32,000 nucleotides of DNA from contig NC_014033.1 of assembly GCF_000025925.1 (NCBI RefSeq), forward strand, positions 870,001 to 902,000, written 5' to 3'. This stretch comes from Xylanibacter ruminicola 23. GTDB taxonomy: Bacteria > Bacteroidota > Bacteroidia > Bacteroidales > Bacteroidaceae. Positions 9,564-17,876 of this stretch are shown one piece after another (the stretch's first letter is position 1; each line of letters begins with the position of its first letter). The position numbers and the translations under genes are program-made. A model generated the notes under the pieces. It worked only from the letters and a program-made list of their open reading frames with translations, ran no database searches and had not been told where the DNA came from.

Positions 9564-10430
9564 ATGAGTGCATTTAAGAAAAAAAGAAGATGGCATTGCT
9601 TGCCCGGACAGGAGCCCACAGAGATGGATAAAACCATTATGTATTGGGAGAACAAAGGTAAGCTGGTGCCAACACGTGAACTGATTAAAACCCCTGAACA
9701 GATAGAAGGCATCCGTAAGGCGGGTGTAGTGAATACCGCTGTGCTCGACGCAGTGGCCAAGGAGATTAAGGCTGGAATGAACACACTCGAGATCGACCAG
9801 ATTTGTCGCAAGGTGTGCGAGGATGCTGGTGCTATCCCAGCCTGCTTGAATTACGAAGGATTCCCCATGAGCGTGTGCACCTCGATCAACGAGGTGGTAT
9901 GTCACGGTATCCCCAAGGAGGAAGATGTGCTCGAAGAGGGCGATATCATCAATGTTGACTTTACTACCATCCTTGATGGCTATTATGCCGACGCCAGTCG
10001 TATGTTTATCATCGGCAAGACTACTCCTGAGAAGGAGCAGCTGGTGCGTGTAGCCAAGGAGTGTCTGGAGATTGGAATGGAGGCCGCTAAGCCTTATGGC
10101 TTTGTGGGCGATATCGGTCATGCCATCGAGAAGCACTGTAAGAAATACGGCTATGGTATCGTTCGCGATCTGGCCGGACACGGCGTGGGACTGAAATTCC
10201 ACGAGGAGCCCGATGTAGAGCACTACGGACATTGTGGTACTGGTATGCTGCTGGTTCCTGGTATGGTGTTCACCATCGAGCCTATGATTAACATGGGTAC
10301 CTGGAAGGTATTCATCGATGCCGACGATCCATACGGATGGGAGGTTATTACCGAAGATGAGCTGCCCAGTGCACAGTGGGAGCATACACTCGTGATGACA
10401 GAACATGGTGTAGAGATACTGACGTACTAA
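9564..10430 (+). CDS. map: Type I methionine aminopeptidase
   Basis: Motifs ELIKTPEQIEGIRKAG, VCHGIP, DVNVDF-like (IINVDFT), GHGVG and EHT are typical of MetAP. The start is uncertain: ATG 9564 or the internal Met at MDKTIMYW. Confidence 0.9.
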   Translation: MSAFKKKRRWHCLPGQEPTEMDKTIMYWENKGKLVPTRELIKTPEQIEGIRKAGVVNTAVLDAVAKEIKAGMNTLEIDQICRKVCEDAGAIPACLNYEGFPMSVCTSINEVVCHGIPKEEDVLEEGDIINVDFTTILDGYYADASRMFIIGKTTPEKEQLVRVAKECLEIGMEAAKPYGFVGDIGHAIEKHCKKYGYGIVRDLAGHGVGLKFHEEPDVEHYGHCGTGMLLVPGMVFTIEPMINMGTWKVFIDADDPYGWEVITEDELPSAQWEHTLVMTEHGVEILTY

Positions 10431-10431
10431 G

Positions 10432-11457
10432 ATGAAGGATATATATATATTAGGTATAGAAAGCTCGTGTGATGATACTTCGGCAGCTGTACTGAAGAAT
10501 GGTATTCTGCTGTCGAACGTTACGGCATCGCAGGCTGTACACGAGGCATACGGTGGCGTAGTGCCCGAATTGGCATCAAGAGCACACCAACAGAATGTGG
10601 TGCCTGTAGTTGATCAGGCCATCAAGAAAGCTGGTATTACCAAAGAGGATTTAACAGCGATTGCCTTTACCCGCGGTCCCGGACTGATGGGCTCGTTGCT
10701 GGTAGGCGTAAGCTTTGCCAAAGGTTTTGCCCGCTCGTTGGGTATCCCTATGATTGATGTAAACCATCTGCAGGGACACGTGATGGCACATTTTATCAAG
10801 GAGAGCGAGGACGATCAGCACCAGCCACCATTGCCATTCCTGTGCCTGTTGGTATCAGGTGGTAACTCGCAGATTGTAAAGGTGAACGCCTATAACGATA
10901 TGGAGGTGCTTGGACAGACTATCGACGATGCTGCTGGTGAGGCTATCGATAAGTGCTCGAAGGTAATGGGACTGGGTTATCCCGGTGGTCCTATTATCGA
11001 CCGATTGGCTCGTCAGGGAAATCCTAAGGCCTATCAGTTTGCCGAGCCTAATATCCCTGGTCTCGATTATAGTTTCTCGGGCTTGAAGACCTCGTTCCTG
11101 TATTCGATGCAGAAGTGGGTGACCGAGGATTCCGACTTTATCGAGAAGCACAAGGAAGATATCGCTGCCTCGCTGGAGTGGACGATTGTTGATATCCTGA
11201 TGAAGAAGCTGAAGAAGGCTGTGAAGCAGACAGGTATCAAGCACGTGGCTGTGGCTGGTGGTGTGAGTGCCAATAACGGCTTGCGCAATGCGTTCTACGA
11301 TGCCGAGAAGCGTTATGGCTGGACGATTTATATCCCCAAGTTCAGTTATACCACCGATAATGCGGCCATGATTGGTATCGTGGGCTATTATAAGTACCAG
11401 GATCAGCAGTTCTGCGACATCAGCGCCCCCGCATTCAGTAAAGTAACGTTTAAGTAG
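10432..11457 (+). CDS. tsaD: tRNA N6-adenosine threonylcarbamoyltransferase
   Basis: ILGIESSCDDTSAAV, ASRAHQ, GPGLMGSLLVG, HLQGH and VAGGVSAN are hallmark Kae1/TsaD motifs. Confidence 0.95.
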   Translation: MKDIYILGIESSCDDTSAAVLKNGILLSNVTASQAVHEAYGGVVPELASRAHQQNVVPVVDQAIKKAGITKEDLTAIAFTRGPGLMGSLLVGVSFAKGFARSLGIPMIDVNHLQGHVMAHFIKESEDDQHQPPLPFLCLLVSGGNSQIVKVNAYNDMEVLGQTIDDAAGEAIDKCSKVMGLGYPGGPIIDRLARQGNPKAYQFAEPNIPGLDYSFSGLKTSFLYSMQKWVTEDSDFIEKHKEDIAASLEWTIVDILMKKLKKAVKQTGIKHVAVAGGVSANNGLRNAFYDAEKRYGWTIYIPKFSYTTDNAAMIGIVGYYKYQDQQFCDISAPAFSKVTFK

Positions 11458-11466
11458 TAATAATTA

Positions 11467-11536
11467 GCAACGGACAACAGGACTAATAAGATTGATTATC
11501 ACTGGAAAATAAACTTTAAGTCCTGTAGTCCGTTGC
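11467..11536. repeat. Near-perfect 18-bp inverted repeat with a 34-nt spacer
   Basis: gcaacggacaacaggact (11467-11484) pairs with agtcctgtagtccgttgc (11519-11536) at 17 of 18 positions. It lies between the tsaD stop and the cinA-like start, and poly-A rather than poly-T follows on the plus strand. Confidence 0.8.
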
Positions 11537-11559
11537 AAAAAAAGAAAATTAAACTAAAT

Positions 11560-12075
11560 ATGGATTTTGAAAGTAAGATAACAAGTAGAGAGGTAAGTGA
11601 AATCCTCTGGGAGACCGAGAAGACAGTAAGTACTGCCGAGAGTTGCACTGGTGGCCGTATAGCTGAGGCTATTATTGCAGTACCTGGCGCATCAAAGTAT
11701 TTCAAGGGTGGTATTATCTCATATATCAACGAGGTTAAGGAGAATCTGCTGGGTGTTGACCATCAGTTGCTCGAAGAGAAAACCGCTGTGTGTGAGGAGG
11801 TTGCGATAGCTATGGTAAAGGGAGCGTGTAAGGCGCTGAATACTGATTATGCAATTGCTGCTACCGGTTTTGCTGGTCCTACCGGCGGTACCAAGGAGAT
11901 TCCTGTTGGCACCATCTGGTTGGCATGCGGACGTCCCGAAAAAGTGGTAACCATGAAGCTCGAAGAAGACTATGGTCGCGACATCAATCTGGCCATCGCC
12001 ACCAATCGTGCTATGGAGATGTTTTTGGGCTTTTTGAAGGAGGAAGATGCCCCTAGACCCACGCGAGAAGGTTAA
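11560..12075 (+). CDS. CinA C-terminal-domain protein (nicotinamide-nucleotide amidohydrolase PncC-like)
   Basis: TVSTAESCTGGRIAEAI, ...GGIISY and ATGFAGP motifs are typical of CinA/PncC. I chose ATG 11560 because the TTG at 11533 in the ORF track lies inside the inverted repeat. Confidence 0.8.
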   Translation: MDFESKITSREVSEILWETEKTVSTAESCTGGRIAEAIIAVPGASKYFKGGIISYINEVKENLLGVDHQLLEEKTAVCEEVAIAMVKGACKALNTDYAIAATGFAGPTGGTKEIPVGTIWLACGRPEKVVTMKLEEDYGRDINLAIATNRAMEMFLGFLKEEDAPRPTREG

Positions 12076-12134
12076 AAATCATTAATTCTTTGAATTTCCG
12101 GTCGTGTAATTATCTGAATCTCAATAAAATTGTG

Positions 12135-12142
12135 TAATTTTG
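12135..12142 (+). promoter_or_regulatory. Candidate -7 box (TAATTTTG) for the rpmB operon
   Basis: Matches TAnnTTTG 53 nt upstream of the rpmB ATG. Confidence 0.4.
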
Positions 12143-12194
12143 CACGCTGTTTGGAATAAGTAAGTGTAAATCACAAGTAAAAAGGTAGATAGAA

Positions 12195-12458
12195 ATGTCT
12201 AAGATTTGTCAAATTACAGGAAAGAAGGCACAGATAGGTTGCAATGTGTCTCACTCAAAGCACCGTACAAAGAGAAGCTTTGACGTTAACCTTTTCAGCA
12301 AGAAATTCTACTACGTAGAGGAGGGTTGCTGGATTCAGTTGAAGATTAGCGCTGCTGGTCTTCGTATGATCAATAAAGTAGGTCTGGATGCTGCCTTGAA
12401 GCAGGCTGTTGCCAAAGGATTTGTAGACTGGAAGGACATTAAAGTGATAGGAGATTAA
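12195..12458 (+). CDS. rpmB: 50S ribosomal protein L28
   Basis: [33 protein letters not shown] is the canonical L28 N-terminus. Confidence 0.95.
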   Translation: MSKICQITGKKAQIGCNVSHSKHRTKRSFDVNLFSKKFYYVEEGCWIQLKISAAGLRMINKVGLDAALKQAVAKGFVDWKDIKVIGD

Positions 12459-12462
12459 AATC

Positions 12463-12654
12463 ATGGCAGGAAAGAAAGCTAAAGGTAATCGCGTTCAGGT
12501 TATCCTGGAGTGCACAGAGCACAAGAATAGTGGTATGCCCGGTACTAGCCGTTACGTAACCACCAAGAATCGTAAGAATACGCCAGAGCGTATGGAGCTT
12601 ATGAAGTATAACCCAATCCTGAAGAAGATGACTCTTCACAAGGAGATTAAATAA
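12463..12654 (+). CDS. rpmG: 50S ribosomal protein L33
   Basis: [20 protein letters not shown]...[21 protein letters not shown] is canonical L33. Confidence 0.95.
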   Translation: MAGKKAKGNRVQVILECTEHKNSGMPGTSRYVTTKNRKNTPERMELMKYNPILKKMTLHKEIK

Positions 12655-12666
12655 TACGACTGAAGT

Positions 12667-12825
12667 ATGGCAAAGAAAACCGTCGCTACCCTCCACGAAG
12701 GCTCAAAGGATGGTCGCGCTTACACAAAGGTAATCAAGATGGTTAAGAGCCCTAAGACTGGTGCTTACATCTTCGACGAGCAGATGGTTCCCAACGAGGC
12801 CGTTAAGGACTTTTTCAAGAACTAA
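12667..12825 (+). CDS. DUF4295 small protein (52 aa), conserved after rpmG in Bacteroidetes
   Basis: Hand-translated as MAKKTVATLHEGSKDGRAYTKVIKMVKSPKTGAYIFDEQMVPNEAVKDFFKN*. It is below the ORF-track size cutoff. The position (12 nt after rpmG) and sequence fit the DUF4295 family as I remember it. Confidence 0.7.
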   Translation: MAKKTVATLHEGSKDGRAYTKVIKMVKSPKTGAYIFDEQMVPNEAVKDFFKN

Positions 12826-12849
12826 TTTACATTTATTATATTGAAATTA

Positions 12850-12882
12850 GAGGTCGCAAGGAAATTTGCGGCCTCTTTTTTT
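12850..12882 (+). terminator. Rho-independent terminator of the rpmB-rpmG-DUF4295 unit
   Basis: gaggtcgcaa / ttgcggcctc form a 10-bp stem (one G-U pair) with a 6-nt loop, followed by TTTTTTT. Confidence 0.75.
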
Positions 12883-12903
12883 GGTTGTGTCGTAAATTAT
12901 GCC

Positions 12904-12911
12904 TATCTTTG
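12904..12911 (+). promoter_or_regulatory. Candidate -7 box (TATCTTTG) for ftsY
   Basis: Matches TAnnTTTG 20 nt upstream of ATG 12931 and just downstream of the terminator. Confidence 0.45.
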
Positions 12912-12930
12912 CAATCGAAAATATTGCAAT

Positions 12931-13884
12931 ATGGGATTATTTGGATTTTTTAGTAAGGATAAGAAAGAGACACTCGATAAGGGTTTGGAGAAAACCAAAA
13001 CGAGTGTGTTCGATAAACTGACTCGTGCCGTAGCCGGTAAGTCGAAGGTTGATGATGATGTATTGGATAATCTTGAAGAGGTACTCATCACTAGCGATGT
13101 GGGTGTAGATACCACATTGAAGATTATTCAGCGCATCGAGGAGCGTGTGGCTCGCGATAAATATGTCAGCACTTCTGAACTTAACCGCATTCTCCGTGAG
13201 GAGATAGCCGAGCTGCTGGCCGAGAATAATTCGGATGATAATGATAATTGGGATTTGCCCGCCGATCATAAGCCCTACGTTATTCTGGTGGTAGGTGTGA
13301 ACGGCGTTGGTAAAACCACAACCATAGGTAAGCTGGCTTGGCAGTTCAAGCAGGCCGGCAAGAAGGTTTACTTAGGTGCTGCTGATACATTCCGCGCAGC
13401 TGCCGTTGAGCAGTTGTGTATCTGGGGCGAGCGTGTAGGTGTGCCTGTTATCAAGCAGCAGATGGGTAGCGATCCCGCCAGTGTGGCATTCGATACCCTG
13501 CAGAGTGCCAAGGCTAATGGTGCCGATGTGGTATTGATTGATACCGCAGGCCGTCTGCACAATAAGGTAGGCTTGATGAACGAGCTGAAGAAGATTAAGG
13601 ATGTGATGAAGAAGGTACTGCCCGAGGCACCCGACGAGGTGATGCTGGTGCTGGATGGCTCTACCGGTCAGAATGCCTTCGAACAGGCTAAGCAGTTTGC
13701 TGCTGTTACACAGATTACCTCGCTGGCTATCACCAAGCTTGATGGTACAGCCAAGGGTGGTGTGGTAATTGGTATTTCTGATCAGTTGAAGGTACCTGTA
13801 AAATATATCGGACTGGGCGAGGGTATGACCGACCTCCAGCTGTTTAATAAACGTCAGTTTGTAGATTCGCTGTTCAATGAGTAA
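12931..13884 (+). CDS. ftsY: Signal recognition particle receptor
   Basis: MGLFGFFSKDKKETLDKGLEKTK start, then the GVNGVGKTTTIGKLA P-loop and the DTAGRL and TKLDGTAKGG motifs. The TTG at 12841 in the track would read through the terminator and promoter, so ATG 12931 is preferred. Confidence 0.95.
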   Translation: MGLFGFFSKDKKETLDKGLEKTKTSVFDKLTRAVAGKSKVDDDVLDNLEEVLITSDVGVDTTLKIIQRIEERVARDKYVSTSELNRILREEIAELLAENNSDDNDNWDLPADHKPYVILVVGVNGVGKTTTIGKLAWQFKQAGKKVYLGAADTFRAAAVEQLCIWGERVGVPVIKQQMGSDPASVAFDTLQSAKANGADVVLIDTAGRLHNKVGLMNELKKIKDVMKKVLPEAPDEVMLVLDGSTGQNAFEQAKQFAAVTQITSLAITKLDGTAKGGVVIGISDQLKVPVKYIGLGEGMTDLQLFNKRQFVDSLFNE

Positions 13885-15190
13885 GACGATAGATATCATT
13901 TCACTGGGCTGCTCAAAGAATCTGGTTGATAGCGAGACTCTGATGGGCTTGATGGAGGCCAATGGCTATCAGTGTACACACGATAGCGACGACCCTCAGG
14001 GTGAAATCGTAGTGGTAAACACTTGCGGCTTTATCAACGATGCCAAGGAAGAGAGTATCAACACCATCCTGGAGTTTGCTCAGGCCAAGACCGAAGGTCG
14101 TATCGAGAAGCTCTTTGTGATGGGCTGTCTCTCTGAGCGCTATCTGGCCGACTTGGAAAAAGAGATTCCCGAGGTTGACGGCTGGTACGGCAAATTTAAT
14201 TATAAGAAGCTTTTGAAAGACCTGAATGGCGAGGAGTATAACGCTTGCGAAGGTAAGCGCCATATCACTACGCCACGTCATTATGCATATATCAAGATTA
14301 GCGAGGGTTGCGATCGCCATTGTGCTTATTGCGCCATTCCGCTGATTACAGGTAAGCATCAGAGTCGCCCCATGCAGGAAATCCTGGATGAGGTGCGTTA
14401 TCTGGTTAGTCAGGGCACCAAGGAGTTTAATGTCATTGCCCAGGAGCTGACCTATTACGGTGTGGATCTGGATGGCAAGCAGCATATCGCTGAGCTCATC
14501 GAGCAGATGGCTGATATCCCTGGTGTAGAATGGATTCGCTTGCATTATGCTTATCCCACACACTTTCCTTGGGATCTGCTGCGCGTGATTCGCGAAAAGC
14601 AGAACGTATGTAAGTATCTCGATATCGCACTCCAGCATGTATCAGATAACATGCTGAGCCGTATGCGTCGCCATGTGACTAAGGATGAGACTTATGAGCT
14701 GGTTCGTCGTATGCGCGAAGAGGTGCCCGGCATTCATATCCGTACCACCCTGATGGTTGGTTTCCCAGGCGAGACCGACGAGGATTTCGAGGAACTCAAG
14801 GCCTTTGTAAAGTGGGCTCGTTTCGAGCGTATGGGTGCTTTCTCATATTCAGAAGAAGAAGGAACCTATTCGGCTGACAACTTCGAGGACGATGTGCCTG
14901 AGGATGTAAAGCAGAGCCGATTGGATAAGATTATGCGTATCCAGCAGAATATCAGCGCCGAACTCGAGGCTGAGAAAGTTGGAAAGGTATTCAAGGTGAT
15001 TATCGACCGACGTGAGGGTGATTATTATATCGGTCGTACCGAGTTCTGTTCGCCAGAAGTTGACCCTGAGGTGCTGATACCAGCAGCTGAGGCAAAACTT
15101 ACCATCGGCAACTTCTATGATGTATTGATTACAGATTCGGAAGAATTTGATTTATATGGAACCACAATCATTAAAACATATGAACAATAA
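13877..15190 (+). CDS. rimO: Ribosomal protein S12 methylthiotransferase
   Basis: IISLGCSKNLVDSE start, the radical-SAM CxxxCxxC motif (CDRHCAYCAIP) and a C-terminal TRAM-like region. It overlaps the ftsY stop by 8 nt. Confidence 0.95.
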   Translation: MSKTIDIISLGCSKNLVDSETLMGLMEANGYQCTHDSDDPQGEIVVVNTCGFINDAKEESINTILEFAQAKTEGRIEKLFVMGCLSERYLADLEKEIPEVDGWYGKFNYKKLLKDLNGEEYNACEGKRHITTPRHYAYIKISEGCDRHCAYCAIPLITGKHQSRPMQEILDEVRYLVSQGTKEFNVIAQELTYYGVDLDGKQHIAELIEQMADIPGVEWIRLHYAYPTHFPWDLLRVIREKQNVCKYLDIALQHVSDNMLSRMRRHVTKDETYELVRRMREEVPGIHIRTTLMVGFPGETDEDFEELKAFVKWARFERMGAFSYSEEEGTYSADNFEDDVPEDVKQSRLDKIMRIQQNISAELEAEKVGKVFKVIIDRREGDYYIGRTEFCSPEVDPEVLIPAAEAKLTIGNFYDVLITDSEEFDLYGTTIIKTYEQ

Positions 15191-15467
15191 AGACTTTATC
15201 ACAGAATTGGCGCAACGCACGGGTTATTCGGCTGATGAAACCCAGCAGTTTGTGAATTGTGTAGTTGAGGCGATGGGCGACCATTTTCAGGACGACGACT
15301 CAGTGCTGATTCCTACATTCGGTACATTCGAAGTTAAGAAGAAGATGGAGCGCATCATGGTAAATCCTTCTACAGGACAGCGCATGCTGGTGCCACCAAA
15401 ACTGGTGCTTACATTTAAGCCAAATGTAAGTTGGAAAGAACGTGTAAAGAATGGAGGAGCTGAGTGA
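15180..15467 (+). CDS. HU/IHF-family DNA-binding protein (95 aa)
   Basis: [25 protein letters not shown]...[35 protein letters not shown] shows the HU fold pattern. ATG 15180 is preferred over the upstream ATG at 15147, which lies inside rimO. Confidence 0.85.
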   Translation: MNNKDFITELAQRTGYSADETQQFVNCVVEAMGDHFQDDDSVLIPTFGTFEVKKKMERIMVNPSTGQRMLVPPKLVLTFKPNVSWKERVKNGGAE

Positions 15468-16885
15468 TGGGAAAGATTTCGATACAAGAATTAGCCAATG
15501 TGCTGGTTGAGCGCAGAAAGATGAACAGACGCGATGCAAGTTTGTTTGTAAGTGCTATGTTCGATATCGTACAGCAGCGACTTGAAACCGATAAGCTGGT
15601 TAAAGTCAAAGGTCTGGGTACGTTCAAGATTATTGATGTTGAAGATCGCGAAAGCGTAAACGTAAATACAGGCGAGCGTGTGCTGATCGAGGGTCACGGT
15701 AAAATTACCTTTGTGCCCGATGCCCTGCTGAAGGAACTGGTAAACAAGCCATTTGCCCAGTTCGAGACGGTAGTGCTGAACGATGGTGTGGATTTCGACG
15801 ATGTTGATACCACAACCACCGATGCACCCGAGCCCGAAGTTGATGCTGAGCCCATCGTTGAGCCAGAACCAGAGCCTGTGGTAGAGCCCGAACCCGAACC
15901 AATTGTTGAACCAGAGCCAACTCCAGTAGTTGCTCCCGAACCAGAGCCCGCTCCTGTGGTTGAGCCTGAACCAGTTGTAACTCCTGAGCCCGAGTCAGTT
16001 GTGGTTCCCGACGATGATCATGCAGCTATGCCATTGGTTGACTTTGGTGGCAACGAGGAGCCCGAACCAATTGTTGCTCCAGAGCCAGTTGTGGTTCCTG
16101 AGTCAGAGCCCGTAGCCGAGCCTGTAGAAGAAATGATGTCACTTGATGATGAGTTCGATGACGATATCGATGATGAACTCGAGGAGGAGCTGAAGTTAGG
16201 TATGACTATTCGTCCTGAGACAACAGTTCGCCCAAAGGAAGAACCAAAAGTTCTGGAAGATATCGCCGATGAAGATATTCCTGAGTGGGTTATCGAACCT
16301 TATGTTGCTTCGCCCGCCGAAGAACCCAAGGCTGAACCCGAGCCCGTTGTAGAACCCGAGCCTGTGGTTGCTCCAGAGCCCGAGCCAATTCCTGAGCCCG
16401 AGCCTGTAGTAATACCTGAGCCAGAGCCTGTGGTTGTTCCCGAGCCAGAGCCCTTTGTAGCTCCTGAGCCGGTGGTTGAAACACCACGGCCTGCTGCAAA
16501 TTCTAATCTGCAGTCGATCCTGAGTTCGTTCCAGACCATCAAGAAACCAGCTCCTGCACCCGAGCCAATCCCTGAGCCCGAGCCAGCTCCAGTAGTAGCA
16601 CCCGAGCCCGAGCCTGTGGTAATCCCCGAGCCAGCACCTGTTGTTGAGCCCGTTTATAGCCCAGAGCCCGAACCTGTTGTTGCACCAGAACCGGTATACG
16701 CTCCCGAGCCTGAACCCGTTTATGCTCCTGAGCCAGAGCCCGTTAAGCCAGTTGTAACACAGCTTTCTGACGAGACAAGAATTACCGAAGAGTCGCTGCG
16801 TGATATGCTTGAGGATGATCCCGAGCCCGTAGTGATTCCTGAGCGCACACATGTGGCTGAGCCCCGAACCAATCGTTCAGGGTGA
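15467..16885 (+). CDS. HU-like DNA-binding domain followed by a long acidic Pro/Glu repeat region; apparently the 5' part of a frameshifted longer gene
   Basis: The N-terminal ~95 aa ([36 protein letters not shown]...[36 protein letters not shown]) show the HU/IHF pattern. About 370 aa of EPEPxVV-type repeats follow. The ATG overlaps the upstream HU stop (TGATG). The ORF ends 20 nt after a CCCC run at 16862-16865. Confidence 0.7.
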   Translation: MGKISIQELANVLVERRKMNRRDASLFVSAMFDIVQQRLETDKLVKVKGLGTFKIIDVEDRESVNVNTGERVLIEGHGKITFVPDALLKELVNKPFAQFETVVLNDGVDFDDVDTTTTDAPEPEVDAEPIVEPEPEPVVEPEPEPIVEPEPTPVVAPEPEPAPVVEPEPVVTPEPESVVVPDDDHAAMPLVDFGGNEEPEPIVAPEPVVVPESEPVAEPVEEMMSLDDEFDDDIDDELEEELKLGMTIRPETTVRPKEEPKVLEDIADEDIPEWVIEPYVASPAEEPKAEPEPVVEPEPVVAPEPEPIPEPEPVVIPEPEPVVVPEPEPFVAPEPVVETPRPAANSNLQSILSSFQTIKKPAPAPEPIPEPEPAPVVAPEPEPVVIPEPAPVVEPVYSPEPEPVVAPEPVYAPEPEPVYAPEPEPVKPVVTQLSDETRITEESLRDMLEDDPEPVVIPERTHVAEPRTNRSG

Positions 16886-16895
16886 GCCCGCTTCT
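15827..16895 (+). repeat. Coding low-complexity repeat region (three blocks of EPEPxVV/APEPEP units)
   Basis: gagcccgaacc / gagccagagcc-type units recur many times and are in frame with the HU-like ORF. Confidence 0.85.
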
Positions 16896-17732
16896 GTAGT
16901 TGAGGAGCACAAGATGACTGCCGACGAAGAGCTTGCTGCAGCTTTTAAGAGAATGGGTGTTACAGACGAGGTTGTTTCTGAGCCTGCACCTAAGAAGGTG
17001 GTAGAGGAGGAAGAGCCAGAGAACGAGGAGCCCGAATATGAGTTTGAGACAGCCCGTCCACGCAAGTCGGCTGGTAAATGGGTACTGGCCTTGCTGGCAT
17101 GTATCATTGGTTTAGGTTGTGGCTATCTGTTGGGTAACCATTATCCATACGCCAACTTCCTGCCTGATGAGAGCAGTGAGACTGTGATCCACGTTCAGAA
17201 GGAAACCGCTCCCGAGCCACAGGCTGCTCCTGATATTGAAGCTGTAGTGGACGAGGCCCCAGCTGAGCCGACTGCTAGCGAGGCTGATACCAAAGCTGCT
17301 GAAGCAAAGGCTGCCGAGGAAGCTAAGGCTGCAGAGGCTAAAGGCAAAGCAGATGCCGAAGCAAAAGCCAAGGCCGACGCTGAAGCAAAAGCCAAGGCCG
17401 ACGCTGAAGCAAAAGCCAAAGCTAAGGCAGAGGCAGAAGCCAAGGCAAAGCAAGAGGCCGAGGCCAAAAATTCTATTGCCGATAAGTACAACGCGATGGA
17501 CGTAAGAGTACGCTTGGGTGCCTATCGTATTGTAGGTACCGACCGCACGGTAAAGGTGAAGGAAGGCGACAATCTTGTAAAGATTTCACGCCGTGTTCTG
17601 GGACCCGATATGGAGTGTTATCTCGAGGTATATAACAACATCAAAGCCTCTACACCACTCAAGGTTGGCCAGGAAATTAAAATTCCAAAATTGCAGTTGA
17701 AGAAGAAAAAGAAGGCCGCAACAGCCAACTAA
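16851..17732 (+). CDS. TM helix, Ala/Lys/Glu-rich repeat and LysM domain; apparently the 3' part of the same frameshifted gene
   Basis: This frame continues the EPEP repeat ([14 protein letters not shown]). It then has RPRKSAGK followed by a TM helix ([19 protein letters not shown]) and KADAEAKA repeats. The C-terminus is LysM-like ([18 protein letters not shown]...[23 protein letters not shown]). Confidence 0.7.
   Translation: MWLSPEPIVQGEPASVVEEHKMTADEELAAAFKRMGVTDEVVSEPAPKKVVEEEEPENEEPEYEFETARPRKSAGKWVLALLACIIGLGCGYLLGNHYPYANFLPDESSETVIHVQKETAPEPQAAPDIEAVVDEAPAEPTASEADTKAAEAKAAEEAKAAEAKGKADAEAKAKADAEAKAKADAEAKAKAKAEAEAKAKQEAEAKNSIADKYNAMDVRVRLGAYRIVGTDRTVKVKEGDNLVKISRRVLGPDMECYLEVYNNIKASTPLKVGQEIKIPKLQLKKKKKAATAN
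17349..17420 (+). repeat. 3 x 24-nt tandem repeat encoding (A/K)DAEAKAK
   Basis: Units are 17349-17372, 17373-17396 and 17397-17420. Units 2 and 3 differ only at the last base. Confidence 0.9.
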
Positions 17733-17746
17733 ATCAGCAAATAATG

Positions 17747-17785
17747 AAAAAGTTTCTTAAAACTTAGGTTTTGGGAAACTTTTTT
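17747..17785 (+). terminator. Possible A/U-rich terminator hairpin
   Basis: aaaaagtttc (17747-17756) pairs with gaaacttttt (17775-17784), with an inner aaaac/gtttt pairing and a T-run at the 3' side. It is weak because it is nearly all A/T. Confidence 0.35.
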
Positions 17786-17831
17786 AATATTATTTAGACT
17801 GATAAAGTGTGGCAAAGTCCTTTAAAAAAAG

Positions 17832-17839
17832 TATTTTTG
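17832..17839 (+). promoter_or_regulatory. Candidate -7 box (TATTTTTG) for the MoxR/Bat operon
   Basis: Matches TAnnTTTG 38 nt upstream of ATG 17877. Confidence 0.4.
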
Positions 17840-17876
17840 CAGTCAAATTTAGAAAACAATTAAAGATATAAATATT

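Noticed and set aside
9364-9573. 69-aa minus-strand ORF in the AT-rich gap between the DUF1254/1214 gene and map
   Set aside because: Its composition (F/I/Y/N-rich) reflects AT-rich intergenic DNA, and it overlaps both divergent promoter boxes.
9543-10406. 287-aa minus-strand ORF mirroring map (similar shadows at 8217-9005, 13372-13962, 13913-14638, 18099-18782 and 19752-20357)
   Set aside because: In each case the opposite strand encodes a strongly recognisable protein (MetAP, DUF1254/1214, FtsY, RimO, MoxR, DUF4381-like). The long antisense frames lack any family signature.
12841-12930. TTG-initiated 30-codon extension of ftsY
   Set aside because: It spans the rpmB-operon terminator (12850-12882) and the ftsY -7 box. 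The conserved FtsY N-terminus begins at ATG 12931.
16196-16852. Minus-strand ORFs inside the repeat regions (16196-16852, 16300-16542 and 17195-17491), rich in G/L/W/R, GSGS or ASAS
   Set aside because: They are low-complexity reverse-frame readings of the PE and AKAE repeats, with no start context or family resemblance.
15827-16895. The periodic short repeats could be mistaken for a CRISPR array or another non-coding repeat array
   Set aside because: The units are 12-24 nt and contiguous, with no unique spacers. They are in frame and encode EPEPxVV within an ORF that has a recognisable N-terminal domain.
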